From an uncultured Muribaculaceae bacterium (GTDB taxonomy: Bacteria; Bacteroidota; Bacteroidia; Bacteroidales; UBA932): DNA of 64,000 nt. This document shows, one piece after another, positions 47,089 through 56,000 of this stretch (its first letter is position 1; every line of letters begins with the position of its first letter). Position numbers and translations under genes: made by a program. The notes under the pieces are model-generated. The model was given only the letters and a program-made list of their open reading frames with translations. It ran no database searches and was not told where the DNA came from. The stretch is from NCBI GenBank assembly GCA_964607675.1, contig CAZSLC010000011.1, forward strand, positions 347 to 64,346. The letters run 5' to 3'.

Positions 47089-48468
47089 TTATCTCATTGA
47101 TTCTACTTCTGAAATTGTCATCGGTACATACTTACCGAGTCTGCGCTTCCCTTGAGGGGTTATCAAATAATCTTCTTCATTGCGAATCCCTCCGAAGCCT
47201 TTAAACTTCTCAATTTCTGAATAATTGAGAAATTGTTCAAATCTCCCCTCTCCCCTCCACATATCAATTAGCTCTGGGATAAAATAGATACCTGGTTCTA
47301 TAGTGAGGACAAATCCTGGTTCCAATTCTCTTCCAAGACGCAACGACTTCAAACCGAAAAGGGTACTTTTCGGAGCACCATCATATCCAACCCACACTTC
47401 CCCAAGATTTTCCATATCATGCACATCCATCCCCATCATATGACCAAGGCCACACGGGAAAAACATGGCATGTGCCCCTGCATTAGCAGCCTCTACTGGA
47501 TCCCCTTTCATGAGGCCAATAGACTTCATCCCCTCTACTATAGTTGCCGCCGCCTTCAGGTGGACATCACGGAATGGAATGCCAGGTCGTAGCGATTCGA
47601 CAGCCTCCATATGTGCTTTAAGTGCAATATCATATATAACTCTTTGTTGAGCTGTAAATTTCTTTCCAACAGGGCAGGTAGAAGAAAGGTCCCCTGAATA
47701 GTGCATTTTATTTTCAGCACCAGCATCTAAAAGAAGCATCTGACCATCTTTAACCACATTGCCATGATAGTGGTTGTGGAGTGTCTGACCGTTGATAGTG
47801 GCAATGACAGGAAAAGAGAGCTGTCCCCCATCCCTAAGAGCTATCTCTGTCACCAACGCTGCTATCTCTGACTCCTTCATCCCAGGGCGAAGGTGTTGCA
47901 TCATTGCGATATGCATGTTTGCAGAGGTATCAACCGCCTCTTCTATCTGTTCTATTTCTTCTTGTGATTTATAACTTCTTTGGTTAACTACGGCTTTAAT
48001 AAAGTCAACAGATGCCTCTGCAGCTTGAGTTTGAGGATGTATCCTAAGAAGTTCTTGTAGTGTTAGGCGATGTTCATCTCTATATGGTGGAAGGAAATGG
48101 ACCTTTCTCCCAGCACAGAGGGCTCTATTTAGATAATCTTGCAACTTTGAAAGGGGTTCAGTGTGAGAAACTCCAATCAACTCACTTTTTTGTTTCAAAG
48201 TGGGTTGGGTTCCCATCCACACAATATCATCAATTGTAAGTTCATTGCCAAAAATAACCTCCTTCCCCTCATCAATATCTATGATTGCTGCAATAGAGGG
48301 AAAATCGAGACCAAAAAAGTATAAAAAAGTGGAATCTTGTCTGAAATGATATGTATTGTCTTGATAATTCATACCACTGTCATTATTACCTAAAAATAGT
48401 AAAATGCCACTGTCCACCCCTTTTGTAAGGAGTTTTCTTCTATTGATATATGTCTCTTTAGTAAACAT
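47089..48468 (-). CDS. pepP: Xaa-Pro aminopeptidase (M24B, PepP family)
   Basis: M24 metal ligand regions LLLDAGAE..YSGDLS, GLGHMMGMDVHD, LTIEPGIYF, IRNEED. ATG 48468 (MFTKETYINRR) preferred to TTG 48486. Confidence 0.85.
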   Translation of the reverse strand: MFTKETYINRRKLLTKGVDSGILLFLGNNDSGMNYQDNTYHFRQDSTFLYFFGLDFPSIAAIIDIDEGKEVIFGNELTIDDIVWMGTQPTLKQKSELIGVSHTEPLSKLQDYLNRALCAGRKVHFLPPYRDEHRLTLQELLRIHPQTQAAEASVDFIKAVVNQRSYKSQEEIEQIEEAVDTSANMHIAMMQHLRPGMKESEIAALVTEIALRDGGQLSFPVIATINGQTLHNHYHGNVVKDGQMLLLDAGAENKMHYSGDLSSTCPVGKKFTAQQRVIYDIALKAHMEAVESLRPGIPFRDVHLKAAATIVEGMKSIGLMKGDPVEAANAGAHAMFFPCGLGHMMGMDVHDMENLGEVWVGYDGAPKSTLFGLKSLRLGRELEPGFVLTIEPGIYFIPELIDMWRGEGRFEQFLNYSEIEKFKGFGGIRNEEDYLITPQGKRRLGKYVPMTISEVESMR

Positions 48469-48506
48469 GATTGAAATATTTTGCAAAAGTATAATTAAAA
48501 AACCAA

Positions 48507-48839
48507 TTATCTGATATAATGTGGCATCTCATCTGGAATGACAATTGAAAACTCGACAAGGCCACAAATTACCCCCTCTTTTCTCCACGGAGTTTGGTAG
48601 ATAATCTTCTTCATCCCGTTTTTTGAGATGGTATAAGAATTGGACTCTCCTGTCGCTAAGAGGTGTTGTATTTTATCCCAAGAGGAAGCTTTATGACAAT
48701 CAACAAGATTTTTGCCAATCAAATCACCATGAGAGGCAAAAGTAGCTTTTGATTTATCATTCATATATAATATTGTCCCTTCTGTATCACATACAGTTAT
48801 GGCACAATTCAATTCCTTAACCCATTCAAACATAGTCAT
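48507..48839 (-). CDS. Stand-alone small PAS-domain protein
   Basis: ITVCDTEGTILYMNDKSKATFASHGDLIGKNLVDCH.. has a PAS-like pattern. Start set at ATG 48839 because the longer ORF would overlap the DPP4 3' end. Confidence 0.5.
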   Translation of the reverse strand: MTMFEWVKELNCAITVCDTEGTILYMNDKSKATFASHGDLIGKNLVDCHKASSWDKIQHLLATGESNSYTISKNGMKKIIYQTPWRKEGVICGLVEFSIVIPDEMPHYIR

Positions 48840-48844
48840 ATTTA

Positions 48845-51088
48845 TTATCTTCCTCCTGAAGGAAGGTGTTCTTTCCAATATTTTTCCATAGTCCTATATA
48901 GATGCAAAGTGGTATTTTCTCTTTCATATATACCATGAGAACGCATGGGATAAGAGAACATAGAGAACAACTTGTTATCTTTCACCAATTCATTGACAAG
49001 CCATTCACAACTTTGGTAATGGACATTGTCATCACCTGTCCCATGAATTAAGAGAAGATTGCCTTTGAGGTTTGCAGCAAAATTGATGGGAGATCCTCTG
49101 AAATATCCATCTTTATTGGTAGAAGGGAGCCCCATATATCTCTCTTGGTATATTGTATCATAGAGAAGTTGACTTGAGACAAAGGCAACAGCTATACCAG
49201 TATTGTATATTTCTGGATATTTAAACATTGCATGGAGAGTAGAAGATCCACCTCCACTCCATCCCCACACACCGATTCTGTCTCTATCGACAAATGAATA
49301 TGTATCACATATCTTAACAACAGCCTTCGAATGGTCTTCAGGGGCTACAATGCCAACTTTACCATATATCGATTTCCTCCACTCTCTTCCCCTTGGGTTG
49401 TTAGTACCTCTTGGATCTACACTCATTACGATATAGCCTTGCTGTGCCATATATTGAGACCATAGATCTGATCTGGACCACACATTTTGCACTGTTGACG
49501 ACCATGGTTCGCCATAGACATAGAATATAACTGGGTACTTTTTGGATGCGTCAAAATGTTTCGGTTTAATCATCCATCCATCTAATTCTATTCCCTCACC
49601 AATTGGAACTCTGAAATATTCTTTGTTGCTTAAGGAGAGGTTATCATATTTAGTTTTCAACTCGCTATTGTCCTCCAGAACCCTCAACAATTTATGGTCA
49701 GGGAGAGAAATCATATCATATACCTTTGGTGTATGTGAATTTGAAAAAGAGTGAAGAGCATATTTAGCATTATTAGAGAGTTGATACCCGTGGTGCCCCT
49801 CAACTCCATATGGTGTAACTCTTTCTGCATTAGATTTGCCATTTAATTTACTGCGGTATAAATAATTCTCAACAGCACTTTCTGGAGAGGCCATATAATA
49901 AACATAACCCCCTTTCGCATCAATACAGACAATGGAGATAACATCAAAATTGCCTTTTGTTATGAGTGTTTCACTTTTGCCGTCTCTTGAGACTTTATAT
50001 AAATGTCTCCACCCATCTTTTTCGCTTGTCCAAGTAAAATATTTTTCATTTTCAAGCCACACTATATTGTCGTGAATATCGAGAAAAGCATCATCTTTAT
50101 CAGTAATGATGTTATTGACACTCATATCGATTACATTGCACAAATAGACCTGATTTGTATTTTGTAACCTATTGAGTTGCTGAATCATCACCTCGTCGGA
50201 ATTGGGTATAAATTCCATTCTTGCAAGGTAGTTATTGCGTGGGTCTCCAGGGATATCAAACCATTTTGTCCCCTTCTCGTTAATATCTATCACCCCTATA
50301 CGTGCAGCCGAATTAAGAGTTCCCACTTTGGGGTATGGAAACGGAAGAACTTGAGAGTATATGGAATCAAGGTTATTTATCATGTTGAAAACACCTGTTC
50401 CCTCAGTATCAAACTGCCAATATGCAATTCGTTTTCCATCAGGACTCCATCTGAAACCATCTTTTTGGTGAAGTTCCTCTTCATATACCCAATCAAAGTT
50501 GCCATTGATGATTACATCGCTTCCATCGAAAGTGAGTTGCTTAATTTGAAAATCAGTAAGATCTTCAACATAAATATTATTTTTATATACGAAAGCTACT
50601 TTATCTGATTTGGATGAAAATTTGGCAAACATCAACTCAGAGGGATCGAGAGAGGCCCCTATTTGATGAAGTGCTCTACTCTTGAGATCAAGCACCCAAT
50701 AATCTCCCTTAGTGTTTACTCGCCAAACACGTTTGGAATTTGTGAAAATCAATAGTTTTGTAAAATCATCAGACCAAAAATAGTTTTCAATCATCAATGG
50801 TTTTTGCCCCTCAGAAGGAATCAAACTGTTAGCAGAGACAAGAATTTCTTTTGTGCCACTTTTGGCATCATATTTCACTATATCTGTCCCTTTAGTTTGG
50901 GGATTTCTTTCAATAACTGTGTAAGATTTATTATCGTTCATCCAACGTATTGAATTAACACCTTTTGCCGAATAAACACCACTCGAGAAAATATCCTCAA
51001 GCGTCAAAATATCCTGCCCAGAAATAGCTCCTGAAAAGGATATAGTGAATAAGATCACAGGGATTAATGAATAATATATTTTTCTCAT
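48845..51088 (-). CDS. Dipeptidyl-peptidase IV (S9B prolyl dipeptidyl peptidase)
   Basis: N-terminal beta-propeller region (FDWVYEEE), catalytic GVWGWSGGGS, C-terminal GTGDDNVH. ATG 51088 is the start; TTG 51112 lies inside the -7 box. Confidence 0.88.
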   Translation of the reverse strand: MRKIYYSLIPVILFTISFSGAISGQDILTLEDIFSSGVYSAKGVNSIRWMNDNKSYTVIERNPQTKGTDIVKYDAKSGTKEILVSANSLIPSEGQKPLMIENYFWSDDFTKLLIFTNSKRVWRVNTKGDYWVLDLKSRALHQIGASLDPSELMFAKFSSKSDKVAFVYKNNIYVEDLTDFQIKQLTFDGSDVIINGNFDWVYEEELHQKDGFRWSPDGKRIAYWQFDTEGTGVFNMINNLDSIYSQVLPFPYPKVGTLNSAARIGVIDINEKGTKWFDIPGDPRNNYLARMEFIPNSDEVMIQQLNRLQNTNQVYLCNVIDMSVNNIITDKDDAFLDIHDNIVWLENEKYFTWTSEKDGWRHLYKVSRDGKSETLITKGNFDVISIVCIDAKGGYVYYMASPESAVENYLYRSKLNGKSNAERVTPYGVEGHHGYQLSNNAKYALHSFSNSHTPKVYDMISLPDHKLLRVLEDNSELKTKYDNLSLSNKEYFRVPIGEGIELDGWMIKPKHFDASKKYPVIFYVYGEPWSSTVQNVWSRSDLWSQYMAQQGYIVMSVDPRGTNNPRGREWRKSIYGKVGIVAPEDHSKAVVKICDTYSFVDRDRIGVWGWSGGGSSTLHAMFKYPEIYNTGIAVAFVSSQLLYDTIYQERYMGLPSTNKDGYFRGSPINFAANLKGNLLLIHGTGDDNVHYQSCEWLVNELVKDNKLFSMFSYPMRSHGIYERENTTLHLYRTMEKYWKEHLPSGGR

Positions 51089-51109
51089 TTTATTATATTT
51101 AATATCCGC

Positions 51110-51117
51110 CAAAGGTA
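51110..51117 (-). promoter_or_regulatory. -7 promoter box (TACCTTTG) heading the DPP4-to-39652 co-directional gene array
   Basis: Exact TAnnTTTG on the minus strand, 21 nt upstream of ATG 51088. Confidence 0.5.
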
Positions 51118-51143
51118 TGAATAAAAGGGGGAATTAATCTAAT

Positions 51144-52400
51144 TTATTTTACAACTATGATATCTTCCAACTTGGTAGTGTAAGATGGTGAGACATGATT
51201 TCTATTTGAGAAAAAATTCATATCATTTGACGAGGCTAAAGAGATAGCTCCACACTTGTTCAATCTATTAATTTCATCAATAGTTTTCATCAATTTTGAA
51301 TGTTTTTCATGATCTATCGAGTCAAAGATAACACCTTGCATCTGGTTAGAGCTACTTATCTGAGAAAGGATGATCCCTCCCCTTTTATAGGCATACCCAC
51401 TTCTAAAAATGGAATTAAGGAGCACTATAGCCTTACTTGCTATCTCAATGGTACTATCTGTTGCCACCTCAAATATATGAATGGCCGATTCAAATTGTTG
51501 GGACATCTCCTTTTTAAATGGATTGGTCTGAATGAAAACTCGAATCTGCGAAGTAAGTCCATATTGTCTCCTCAATTTGGCAGCGGCAATTGAGGCAAAT
51601 GACGAGATTGCACTCCGTAGTTCGTCAAAGGAGGTTATTTCTTGAGAAAATGATCTCGAAACACATATTGTCTCTTTATCTTGGGGAGAAAACTCAATCT
51701 GATAGGCAGGCTCCCCCTTGAGTTCCATCCAAATCCTCTGTCCAACCACCCCCATTTCTCCCTTTATCCAATTTGAAGGGAGGGAGAGAAAATCGGCGGC
51801 AGTGAGGATGTTTTTTTTGCGAAGCAGTGCACCGAAGCGGCGACCAATTCCCCACACATCCTCAATGGGAAATTTATGAAGTACCTTATCAATATCTCCC
51901 CCCCTATACATTAAGCAGCACCCCTCTAACTTAGGATATTTCTTACAGAGTTTCGAGGCTATTTTTGCCAATGTTTTGGTAGGGGCAATCCCTATACTGA
52001 CAGGTATCCCTGTATTGCGCCGTATAATCTTTGAGAGGGATCTGCCATATTGTTCCAAATCATCAAGTTGGAATAAGGAAAAATCGAGAAATGCCTCATC
52101 AATGGAATAAACCTCAACCACAGGGACATACTGCCTCAAAGTGCTCATAACCCTGTTGGACATATCGCAATAGAGCTGATAATTACTGGAAAACACCTTG
52201 ACATTCTCCCTTTTTACCAACTCTTCAATTTGAAAAAGGGGGACTCCCATTTTTATACCGAGGGACTTTGATTCATTGCTTCTTGCAACCACACAGCCAT
52301 CATTGTTGCTCAGCACCACAATAGGCTTTCCCTCCAAATCTGGACGGAACACCCTCTCGCAGGAGGCAAAAAAGTTGTTACAATCACATAGACCTATCAT
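51144..52400 (-). CDS. umuC: Y-family translesion DNA polymerase (UmuC-like, Pol V catalytic subunit)
   Basis: LCDCNNFFASCERVFRPDL, VVLSNNDGCVVARS, SIDEAFLD, VSIGIAPTKTLAK. ATGA overlap with umuD. Confidence 0.88.
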   Translation of the reverse strand: MIGLCDCNNFFASCERVFRPDLEGKPIVVLSNNDGCVVARSNESKSLGIKMGVPLFQIEELVKRENVKVFSSNYQLYCDMSNRVMSTLRQYVPVVEVYSIDEAFLDFSLFQLDDLEQYGRSLSKIIRRNTGIPVSIGIAPTKTLAKIASKLCKKYPKLEGCCLMYRGGDIDKVLHKFPIEDVWGIGRRFGALLRKKNILTAADFLSLPSNWIKGEMGVVGQRIWMELKGEPAYQIEFSPQDKETICVSRSFSQEITSFDELRSAISSFASIAAAKLRRQYGLTSQIRVFIQTNPFKKEMSQQFESAIHIFEVATDSTIEIASKAIVLLNSIFRSGYAYKRGGIILSQISSSNQMQGVIFDSIDHEKHSKLMKTIDEINRLNKCGAISLASSNDMNFFSNRNHVSPSYTTKLEDIIVVK

Positions 52401-52777
52401 TTCATCTCCTTAATAAGATATCTTACAACCCCCCATACTCTAAAGTCATTCTCCGCAGAGACATCAATTGGCTTAAATTTCAGATTGGCGGGAACAAGTT
52501 GAGCATGATCCCCACAAAGACGAAATCTTTTGAGGGTGAACTCTCCGTCGAGAAAACAAACAGCAATGCATCCATCGTAAGGTTCTACACTCTTGTCTAT
52601 CACAAGGAGGTCTCCATCATTGATTCCATCATCAATCATGCTATCCCCTTTTACCCTTGCATAAAAGGTTGAAGAGGGATTTTTAATCAATTCTCTATTA
52701 AGATCTAATGGTAAATTGACGAAATCCTCGGCTGGTGAAGGAAAACCTGCACAAATAACTAAAAAATCTTGTTTCAT
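52397..52777 (-). CDS. umuD: UmuD-like S24 self-cleaving peptidase (Pol V accessory subunit)
   Basis: CAGFPSPAEDF cleavage-site region, nucleophile motif KGDSMID, general base in FTLKRF; 126 aa. Confidence 0.85.
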   Translation of the reverse strand: MKQDFLVICAGFPSPAEDFVNLPLDLNRELIKNPSSTFYARVKGDSMIDDGINDGDLLVIDKSVEPYDGCIAVCFLDGEFTLKRFRLCGDHAQLVPANLKFKPIDVSAENDFRVWGVVRYLIKEMK

Positions 52778-52782
52778 TGATA

Positions 52783-52790
52783 CAAATATA
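52783..52790 (-). promoter_or_regulatory. Possible -7 box (TATATTTG) for umuDC, implying a near-leaderless mRNA
   Basis: Exact TAnnTTTG on the minus strand, but only 5 nt upstream of ATG 52777. Confidence 0.3.
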
Positions 52791-52794
52791 TTAT

Positions 52795-52802
52795 TACTTT
52801 TG
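52795..52802 (+). promoter_or_regulatory. -7 promoter box (TACTTTTG) upstream of the ancestral start of sensor kinase 1
   Basis: Exact TAnnTTTG, 17 nt upstream of ATG 52820. Confidence 0.45.
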
Positions 52803-52819
52803 CGAAAAAGGGCATAACT

Positions 52820-52885
52820 ATGAAATTCAAAAATATTCTCGTCGTTCTATTTTTCTGTTTTACATCCATAAATACCTCATTTTAA
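52820..52885 (+). other. Orphaned signal-peptide mini-ORF (21 codons plus TAA), in frame with sensor kinase 1
   Basis: MKFKNILVVLFFCFTSINTSF then TAA at 52883-52885. It is in the same frame as the 53060 ORF. The 58 codons between are stop-free and homologous to the mature N-terminus of the paralogue at 56385. Confidence 0.7.
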
Positions 52886-53059
52886 GAAGATTCGATTAGC
52901 AATATAAACACTCGCTTTGAATATAAGAGAATATTAGTAAAAGGGAATAACTCTCTTCCACCCCTAATCTTTCTCGACAATCTTGGAAGGAACAACGGCT
53001 TTGGCATTGAGATTTTTAATGAAATAAGTAGGGTTTTAGGACTTAAATATGAGGTCAAG

Positions 53060-56000
53060 TTGACTGAAAACACCTATATAGAACTCGAAACACAGCTGAC
53101 TAACAACGAATTAGATGCATATTTTGCAATAATTCCAAATGAAGAAAAAGAAAGAGAATTCATCATCCCTATCAAATATATATATTTTGACATAGTGTGC
53201 CGAAAAGGGTTAGGTATTGAGAGTATTGAGGATTTAAATGGAAAAGAGGTGGTAATCATGGGGGGGAGCAGATGTGATAAAATATTGAGAGAGAATAACA
53301 TTAATTGCTCAATATTTTATTACAAGACGATAGAAGAGGGGATAAAGGCTATCAATCAAGGGAGACACGACGCTGTCCTTTGCCCAAATATGATGGGCAA
53401 GTACTTATTGTCAGAAATAAACGAAAGCAAGAATCTTATAACTAAACAAACCCACACAGAACCTTATATAGCCGCCATAATAGTCAAAGACCAAGATCTT
53501 TACACTCATATGTCAAATACCATGAACCTTCTTAAAAAAAGTGGAAAGTATGAGGAGATATATTATAAATGGTTTGGCGAATATGAACAGATGTATCCAG
53601 ACAAAAGTTTACAACATACCATTTATATATTTACAGGGTTATTAATATTGTTACTCTCATTTTTCCTAATTCTAATTAAGAAAAGGTCAGACATCATTCA
53701 CAATAAATACCTTGGTATGGTAAGGAGTGTAGAAAAGGATTACCTTGAGCTGAATACTATATACTCTAACGTATCAGCTGGTATCGAGGTGTATGATAAA
53801 GATGGATTTTTGATCAACTGCAACGATAGAGCAATAGAAATATTTGGAATAACCAACAAAGAGATTCTTTTGTCTAAAAGACTCAACATATTAGATGATA
53901 TTTATTACAAATCTACCATCAAATCTTTAGATGATCTAATGGTAGTACATCAAATCACTATTGAAATTGGCAATAAAGAAATTGAGGAGGAGAATCAAGA
54001 TTTTCTGAAAAGAATAGATAGTCGCATAGTCACCGCCATTTTCAGTCCTATGTTTAATTCAAAGGGTGAAATTGAAGGGTTTATAATAACTACCACTGAC
54101 GAGACACATGAACACAAATTGAATAAAAAGTATTTATCTCTATTAAAAGAAAACCAGACTTTGTTAGAGACCGTCCCCTTAGGCATTGTTTCATACAACC
54201 TCAATGGGGATGTCAATTATAGAAATTCTCACCTGTCAAGAATTTTTAATATTGACCCAGAAAAATACGATTCCAAAGATTGGAATTTATTTACACATCC
54301 CCATTTTTGTCAAGACAAATATAAAAATGAGATTCTCAACTGCACAGAGACTATTACAGGGACATTCAACGTTGACAACTCCAATCCAAGATATCTAAAA
54401 AGGTATTCTGATATATTGTACAACCGAACAATACAATATTTCATATCTCCTCTAAAAGATGATCATGGAGATGATATTGGATGGGTAGGTGCATATTCTG
54501 ACATAACTGACATTAAAAATCAGATGGATGAAATAGCAAGGAACAAAGAGTTGCTGGAGCTTGCCCTAAAGAGTGGTAACATTTCATCATGGAGATACAC
54601 CCCTAATGATAAACAATTCACATCCATTCAAGAACACACAGAAACTTACTCATCTGTAGCTCAATACAATAGCTCTTCAAAACAACTTGATGAACAATAT
54701 ACGTTACAGAGAGATGCCATGATTGATAATATTCTCAGTGGTAAACAGTATAAAGATTCAAAAATCTTAAAATTCACTAATCCAGACACGAAAGAGACAA
54801 TATATCTTGACACTCACATAGTTGCTGAAACACGCAATGGAAAAACCATAGGGATTATTGGCATTCAAGCTAATATAACAAAAGACTATTCTTACCGCTT
54901 AGCAATAGAAGAGATAAACTTGAAAAACAAATTGGCTATTCGCACGGGTGGACTCGCTCAATGGGACTATGACACTGAGACTCATATTTTTTACACAAAA
55001 CGTGAATCTCTCAAATCAAATACCCTCAATCAATATACTAAGGATGAATTGATCTCTAAATCACACCCTAAGGATCTTGAAAAAGTAATTGCATTTTTTG
55101 AAAAAATGGATAGCGGTGCTGATGAGAATATTTTTTGTGAAGCAAGAATACTGAATACAGATACCAATAAGTGGAGGTACTATATTGCATCGGGGAGTCC
55201 ATTTGTCAAATCTACAAATGGGAAGGTGGTTCAATACACAGGATTTAGAAAAGACAACACCACATTTGAGAATCTCAACAATGAGATTTTAAAAACCAAT
55301 GAAATAATGAGAAATGTATTTGACAATCTTCCATGTACCCTTTTTATAAAAAACATTTCAGATGATTTTAAATATATTATCGGGAATAAACAATTGTGTG
55401 AAGTTACTGGCCTAAAGAGTGAAAATATAATAGGATTTAACGATTATCAATTGTTTCCAGACAAAGCCAAGGACTTCAGGGAGGATGATATAAAGGCAAT
55501 TAAGAGAGGATCCATTATTTCTTTCCATGAAACAGTGAGCTGGAACAACCATCCAAGAATATTAAAGACTGCCAAATTTCCTTTAACACTATCAGATGGT
55601 GGTCAATTGCTGGTAGGCTTGGCACTTGATGTAACTGAACTAGTTGAAAAAAATATTGAGCTTCAAAAGGAGAAGGAGAAGGCTGAGTGCTCAGATAAAC
55701 TAAAATCTGCATTTTTAGCAAACATGTCTCACGAGATCAGAACGCCACTCAACTCTATCGTTGGTTTTTCTACTTTACTTGTTGAGAGTGAAGACAAAGA
55801 AGAAAAGAAATGTTTCAAAGATATAATCACAAACAACAGCAACCTCCTCCTTAGAGTTATTAACGATATTCTCGATCTCTCAAAAATCGAATCAGGATCC
55901 ATAGATTTTAATAAAGAATTAATAGATTTCAGTAAAGTTTTCGATAGTTGCTTTAGGAGTTTTGTTGAAAAAGGGAAAGAAAAGGGGCTCAACATGATAA

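Noticed and set aside
52883-52885. The in-frame TAA in sensor kinase 1 as programmed readthrough or a reassigned stop codon
   Set aside because: TAA terminates many well-supported genes in this window (e.g. parB, rpsU, mutA), so reassignment is excluded. I see no known readthrough context, so a nonsense mutation or sequencing error is the simpler explanation.
52882-53073. 63-aa minus-strand ORF between umuD and sensor kinase 1
   Set aside because: It lies antisense to a region that is clearly homologous, on the plus strand, to the paralogous kinase N-terminus. It has no recognisable features and is most likely a chance ORF.
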